Positions 59,110-64,000 of a stretch of 64,000 nt of DNA are shown here, one piece after another. Under the pieces are notes generated by a model. That model did no database searches. It was given only the letters and a program-made list of their open reading frames with translations, and was not told the DNA's origin. Positions within the stretch are counted from its first letter, which is position 1; every line of letters starts with the position of its first letter. The stretch comes from Eledone cirrhosa (Eukaryota). The stretch covers positions 151,962,001-152,026,000 of the forward strand of contig OZ024740.1 of NCBI GenBank assembly GCA_964016885.1. Direction: 5' to 3'. The translations under genes were made by a program, and so were the position numbers.

Positions 59110-59779
59110 AAAATATGGGTTGAGGAAGGCTGTGTGGTTACTAATAACGATTGTTAGAAGGTAAAGGGATACAAACAAGAGATGAAAAGTTTCCCTTCGT
59201 CAGCTGTTTACTACGGATCATAGATGTTTCGGCGCATTATAAACAGAACACCGATCCATAGCGCACCCATGGCCTTTTATTTAACAAAAAGCCATGAGGG
59301 AAAGAAGTGATGGCGAAGAGAGAGAAAGAAAGTAAAACATGGAAGAAGAAAAAAAGGAAAAAGCGAAGTAAACATAGCGATAGAAGGGGGAACATAGGAC
59401 AATGGCACATGGATGTGAGTAACCGAAGAGAAAATAGATCAAGTTAAAACAAGCAGCTGGGTTTAAGCCCGGGGGCCATATAACAGAGGAGCACGGAAAC
59501 TTTTCATCTCTTGTTTGTGTCCCCTTACCTTTTAACACTATATATATGTATATATATATATATATAATATAAGATCAAAAGATGGTTAAAAGAGTTCCAT
59601 CTTTTGATCTTATATTATTTATACTCCAGTCCTACTAACTGTAGAGTGCTACTTATCCGATATCTGCATTGCTTTATTGTATTACAATAAAACTCACCTC
59701 CTACATATATATATGGGTCCTATGCACCTACCCACCCCCTTAATTTTCACTTTTTTTTATTTTATTTTTTATATTTATT

Positions 59780-59963
59780 TTTATTTTCCCTTCTTTTTCT
59801 GTTCTTTATTTGTTAACTTCCCTTACTCCCTCTCGGAGTTCCTCTCAAATTTCCTGGTGAAGGACTAAAGTTCGAAACGCCAAAACATCCTACACTTACC
59901 CCAAGCGTGAACTTAATACAATTATGTACAATTGACTCCTGCGTTTCGTTTGTTCTTTTCAAC
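59780..59963 (+). mobile_element. pLTR-like module with degenerate hammerhead (59850-59885), same family as 17741-17890
   Basis: TTTC-CTGGTGA-AGGACTAAAGTTC-GAAAC-GCC-AAAA, shared AGCGTGAAC.TAATA, end TTTT.AAC(TA)n. Confidence 0.55.
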
Positions 59964-60157
59964 TATATATAAATATATAAATAGATAAATAAATGCCATT
60001 GTTAAATAATAAATAAATCAACTAATACCTTAACACTTCACACAAAGTAAAACATTTAGTTTTAATCATTTTCTAACCCAGAAAAAAAGAGAGAGAGAAA
60101 CACAAAAGGAAAAAAAATATTTTTCTTCCTAATAATCGTCTCTTTCTCCCTGTTTTC

Positions 60158-60190
<33 letters not shown>

Positions 60191-60281
60191 TGTATGTATG
60201 TATGTATGTATGTATGTATGTATGTATGTATGTATGTATGTATGTGTGTGTGTATGTGTGTGTGTGTATGTGTGTGTGTGT

Positions 60282-60583
60282 GTTAAGTATTTCCGAAGAA
60301 AAAGAAAAGGAAAAAAAGACTGCTCTGTGTATAAAGCAGAGCTATTTAATTAGAAAGTGAACAACACAATATATAACTACTCCATGAAGTTACGCATTTT
60401 TGATTTTTCATTTCATAACCTCTCTGTCTGATGAACGATTTAGACGTATGTTAGTATTGTCTAAGGTCCTGAAACCTTTGGTAATGGAGTAGTTATATAT
60501 TGTGTTGTTCACTTTCTAATTAAATAGCTCTGTTCTATACATAGAGCACCCTTTTTTTCCTTTGCTTTTTCTTCGGAAATACT

Positions 60584-60587
<4 letters not shown>
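60282..60587. repeat. Inverted repeat (104-bp arms) flanked by (TG)n/(CA)n with a hammerhead in the spacer
   Basis: 60282-60385 is the reverse complement of 60484-60587, with few mismatches. Confidence 0.9.
60422..60489 (+). ncRNA. Type I hammerhead ribozyme motif
   Basis: CTCTGT-CTGATGA-..TTAGAC...GTCTAA..-GAAA-CC(TTT)GG-TA-ATGGAG; stem I 6 bp including two G-U pairs; predicted cleavage after 60483. Confidence 0.75.
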
Positions 60588-60671
<84 letters not shown>

Positions 60672-60947
60672 GGAAAAGAATGAAACGAAATTTCATTTCT
60701 CACTCTTAGTACGGCAGTTACTTAAATGGAAGTATGCATGTATGTATACGTACATACATATATGTATACAGACGTACAGTAGTATGTATATATATATACA
60801 TACATGCATGCACACATATATATATGTACGCATGGGTTTACCGAACATTTATTATAATGTTCGGTTTGTTTGTAAACAAACAGCTCGAATTAAGCTGTAC
60901 AGTGTTCGGCAACCATCGTCGCCCTTTTGTTCAACACTGACAAAGAA

Positions 60948-60990
60948 ACGATGAACTAGTTTCAAGCTTACTAGCTATCGTCAGTATCGT
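60948..60990 (-). ncRNA. Minimal type I hammerhead motif
   Basis: Minus strand: ACGATA-CTGACGA-TAGCT(agta)AGCTT-GAAAC-TA-GTT-CATCGT; palindromic AACTAGTT; one stem I mismatch next to the core. Confidence 0.7.
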
Positions 60991-61006
60991 ATACCTTCCT
61001 GTCAGA

Positions 61007-61061
<55 letters not shown>

Positions 61062-62329
61062 ACTTATAAATAAAATACTTATAGTTTATTTATAGTTTCA
61101 AATTTAGCAGAAATAGAAGCTTTCGCTGTATTTTTGACTAAAGAAATTTTACCCTAAGTATTGACGTTAATACTCATCCTTTTCCATTTTTAGAGGGTGT
61201 TAAACCCCACTATCAGGCTAGAATTTCTTTACTAAAAAATACGGTGAAAGCTTCTATTTGTACTAAATTTTAAAATATTTATTATGTCACATGAATCTTT
61301 AATAGTTGCTATATGGCATTGTCACGGGATCGGCTAGCATTATCTTGAATAGTTTGAAGCATCGCTACGACATTATTGATGAAGAATTTGCAAAAGAACG
61401 AGATGATTGGTGTAAAATTTTCGAGTGTTTTTTTCTGTGATGTAGCGAAACACCCTTCAACTGTAAGAGGGTAACTTCAAGCGCATTATTTACACGATTC
61501 TTACTGAAGTAGAGTTTCGTCTCCCTCCTTATACTGTTTAAGCATACAGATACGTCGCAAGTGAAATTAAAATTTTGTTATTTTATATTTGTCGGTTCTT
61601 GCAATTTTTCCAGCAAAATACTTTCCCATTGTACATTTTAAAAAATCCACAAATTTGAAATTTGATACCAACCATGCAAAAAATGCGATCTTATTACAAT
61701 AATGACACAACGAATTTCTTTTATATATATGGGGTTTGTGGTTTAAAAGTTTGGGCAGGGCCAATTTACACCACACAATGTGAATGTTTTAGGTCTTATT
61801 GAGCTACTTGTAAAGTCTGATCTGACGCAGAATAAACATTGTGGAGAAAATATTCAGAATACAATAATAAATTTTGTTAGAAAATGCTGTCTAGGAAAAC
61901 GTATTAAGCTGAACTAAAAAAAATATAAAAAGTCAAATATTTTAGCCTTATCTTAGATTGTATGCCGGCTATAAATCATGAGGATATCTTTCAGTAACAA
62001 TACAATTTTATATCTAGAAGACATGTATATGAATTATATTTTAACTATAAATATGCTACATATGCTATTGTATATATTGATCCTTAACTGAAGTTGTAGA
62101 GGCACCGTGATGATATACTGCGTGTCTTGGGTATACTTTTTAACTTGGAGGAACCCATGCCTCTCCTGGTCTAAACAGCCGATTTCTTCCAGTGAAAATG
62201 AAATAATGAAAGAAAGAGGAAGTAAGGAGATATAAAGAAAGAATCGACATCAGTATTTGATCAGTGCTTTATTCATATCCCTCGAAATAACTTAAGTTCA
62301 GCAAATAAATTATTCTGGCAACCCATCTG

Positions 62330-62895
62330 ACGACTTCGTAATAAAACCTTCTCCACGCCTGTTAAGGGGAAGGCGTCTGGGATTCCTCTATCTTCACAGA
62401 GTTACATCTTTGCAAGGTGGACAGAATACTTTGATGATCTAAATTCGGTCACAACAGAATGCTCTGATGTACACAAGATGCATCTGCTGGCGATGACTAA
62501 TCTTACCGAGGTTGGGGTCACTAAAGTGATTAAAGAGCGGAAATGTGACAAAGTCTCTAGGAAAGATAAAGTTTGGACCCAGTATTGGGTGGCCTGGATC
62601 TCTGGAAAAGCACCTAAGCAATGGAATTGGAATCCTAATTTTCAAAAAGGTAAGAGAGATTGCTCCAAGTATAGAGGAATCTCCTTGTTAAGCCTAACCG
62701 TTAAAGTCTATGTTAAGATATGTAGGGATATTGTCGAGTCTAACTGACGAACAGTGTTTCTTTCACCCCGGACGCAGAACAGCCGACCACATATTATGTT
62801 TTTGAGAAATCGTGTGAGTATAGTCAAGAGGTCTATGCTTATTTCGTAGACCTCAAAATGGCATATGACCGCGTTCCGCATGATCTGTTGTGGAA
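62330..62895 (+). mobile_element. Degraded RTE/Expander-like LINE RT fragment
   Basis: FQKGKRDCSKYRGISLLSLTVKVY and FVDLKMAYDRVP motifs. Confidence 0.75.
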
Positions 62896-62898
62896 GAG

Positions 62899-62960
62899 CT
62901 GTTTTATTCGTTTGAAATCATCAAGAATGTATTCCTGATGATTTCATACGTATGAAACGG
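62899..62960. repeat. Hairpin of two head-to-head partial hammerheads related to the 18392 family
   Basis: ATTC-CTGATGA-TTTCATACGTAT-GAAAC and its diverged reverse complement, separated by GT. Confidence 0.6.
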
Positions 62961-64000
62961 TGGAAAGGATGAAAAAGAGGAGGAGATGAGAGTAAAACGT
63001 GGAGGGGGAGGAGTATAATGAGGAAGGATGAGATAGGAGGAGAGATGGTTGATAGAGAGAGAGAGATAGCTTTTATAACTGAGAAAAATATATTGTTTTA
63101 CATAGAGAGGTTGAAAAACCGTTGGAAGATAATGTATAAATTAAAAGAATTTGAAAATTAACGAAGAGAAAAATAATGTAAAGTTAAGGTTTGTATATTG
63201 AAGGGTTTAATAATATGTGCGATGAAAAGAAATTGTTAATATGTATTAAGAATAATATTTAAGGGTTTAATAATATGTGCGATGGAAAGAAAATGTTGAT
63301 ATGTATTATTAAAAATAGCAAAGGTAATGTAAGTAAGGATATATTGTGAAAAAAGTAGAAGATAGGATGAAACATGAAAGTGAGAAAAAAATAATGAATT
63401 GAGGATGAATAATCTAACGTCAAAAAAATGTTTATGTTTACGAAGGATTTTTTTAAGGTGATATAAAGTAAGAATATATTGTATTGTGTAATAATTGTTT
63501 CTATGTTAGGCACAGTGAGAAAAGGTACAGATTAGGGGTTAGAAATTAAAAGAAAAAGAAAAGAAAAGGAAAAGGATGAAAGGGAAGTGATAAATAGGAG
63601 TGATATAGAATGAGTAGCAAGTATTATATAATGTATAATAAATAACTTTGAAATAAGTTAGAAAGATGGGTATATTTTTAAAGAAGTGTATATATATATA
63701 TGTGCCTTTGAGAAAAGGATTCTGAATTGATAAAGTTTTGGATATTAGCTGTATACTTTATGAAATGTTCTGTGGAATTTATGCAAGCAGAGAGAAAACA
63801 AGTCAGTGCGTCTATTTATTATAGAATCTAAATTAGATATAATGGTAAATTTTTCATTTAGACAGAGATTGCAAGTCTTGGATAAAGAACTGTTCAAGTA
63901 TGGAGCAGCAGAAGAAACCTTTTTCCAAGAGATGTTATATTTAATATTTTTGTCTTTCAAGGACCATATGAGTTCTGAGAGAGCCGTGTTGGTTCTTTTA
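62961..64000 (-). mobile_element. 3' end of a Penelope-like element (endonuclease C-terminus plus long AT-rich 3' region)
   Basis: TALSELIWSLKDK..YNISW...CNLCLNEKFTII...INRRTDLFSLCLH, typical of PLE GIY-YIG C-termini; ~60-bp tandem duplication at 63199-63308; the extent of the 3' region is uncertain. Confidence 0.7.

Overview
AT-rich eukaryotic DNA, almost certainly intergenic or intronic. The extreme (TA)n/(CA)n/(GA)n/(TATG)n load and the tRNA-derived SINE families resemble an octopus/cephalopod genome (inference). No host protein-coding gene is recognisable, and most ORF-track entries are microsatellite artefacts. The window is a graveyard of mobile elements: R4/Dong-like and CRE-like RLE retrotransposon remnants, RTE/Expander fragments, a non-autonomous RTE-derived element in five copies, two tandem Tx1/L1-clade LINEs, an RNase H-bearing I-group remnant, three Penelope-like (RT + GIY-YIG) fragments, a hATm-like transposase pseudogene, a non-autonomous Helitron, hAT and piggyBac-type MITEs, and many SINEs. 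The most notable hidden structure is about 16 intact, degenerate or half type I hammerhead-ribozyme motifs from several unrelated sequence families. Most sit in short non-coding modules that end in a microsatellite, and they are often folded back into long palindromes whose breakpoints fall inside the ribozyme, in one case exactly at the predicted cleavage site. A second pattern is short inverted copies of neighbouring DNA patched into (TA)n tracts. All folds and coordinates were read by eye, and the boundaries of old elements are approximate.
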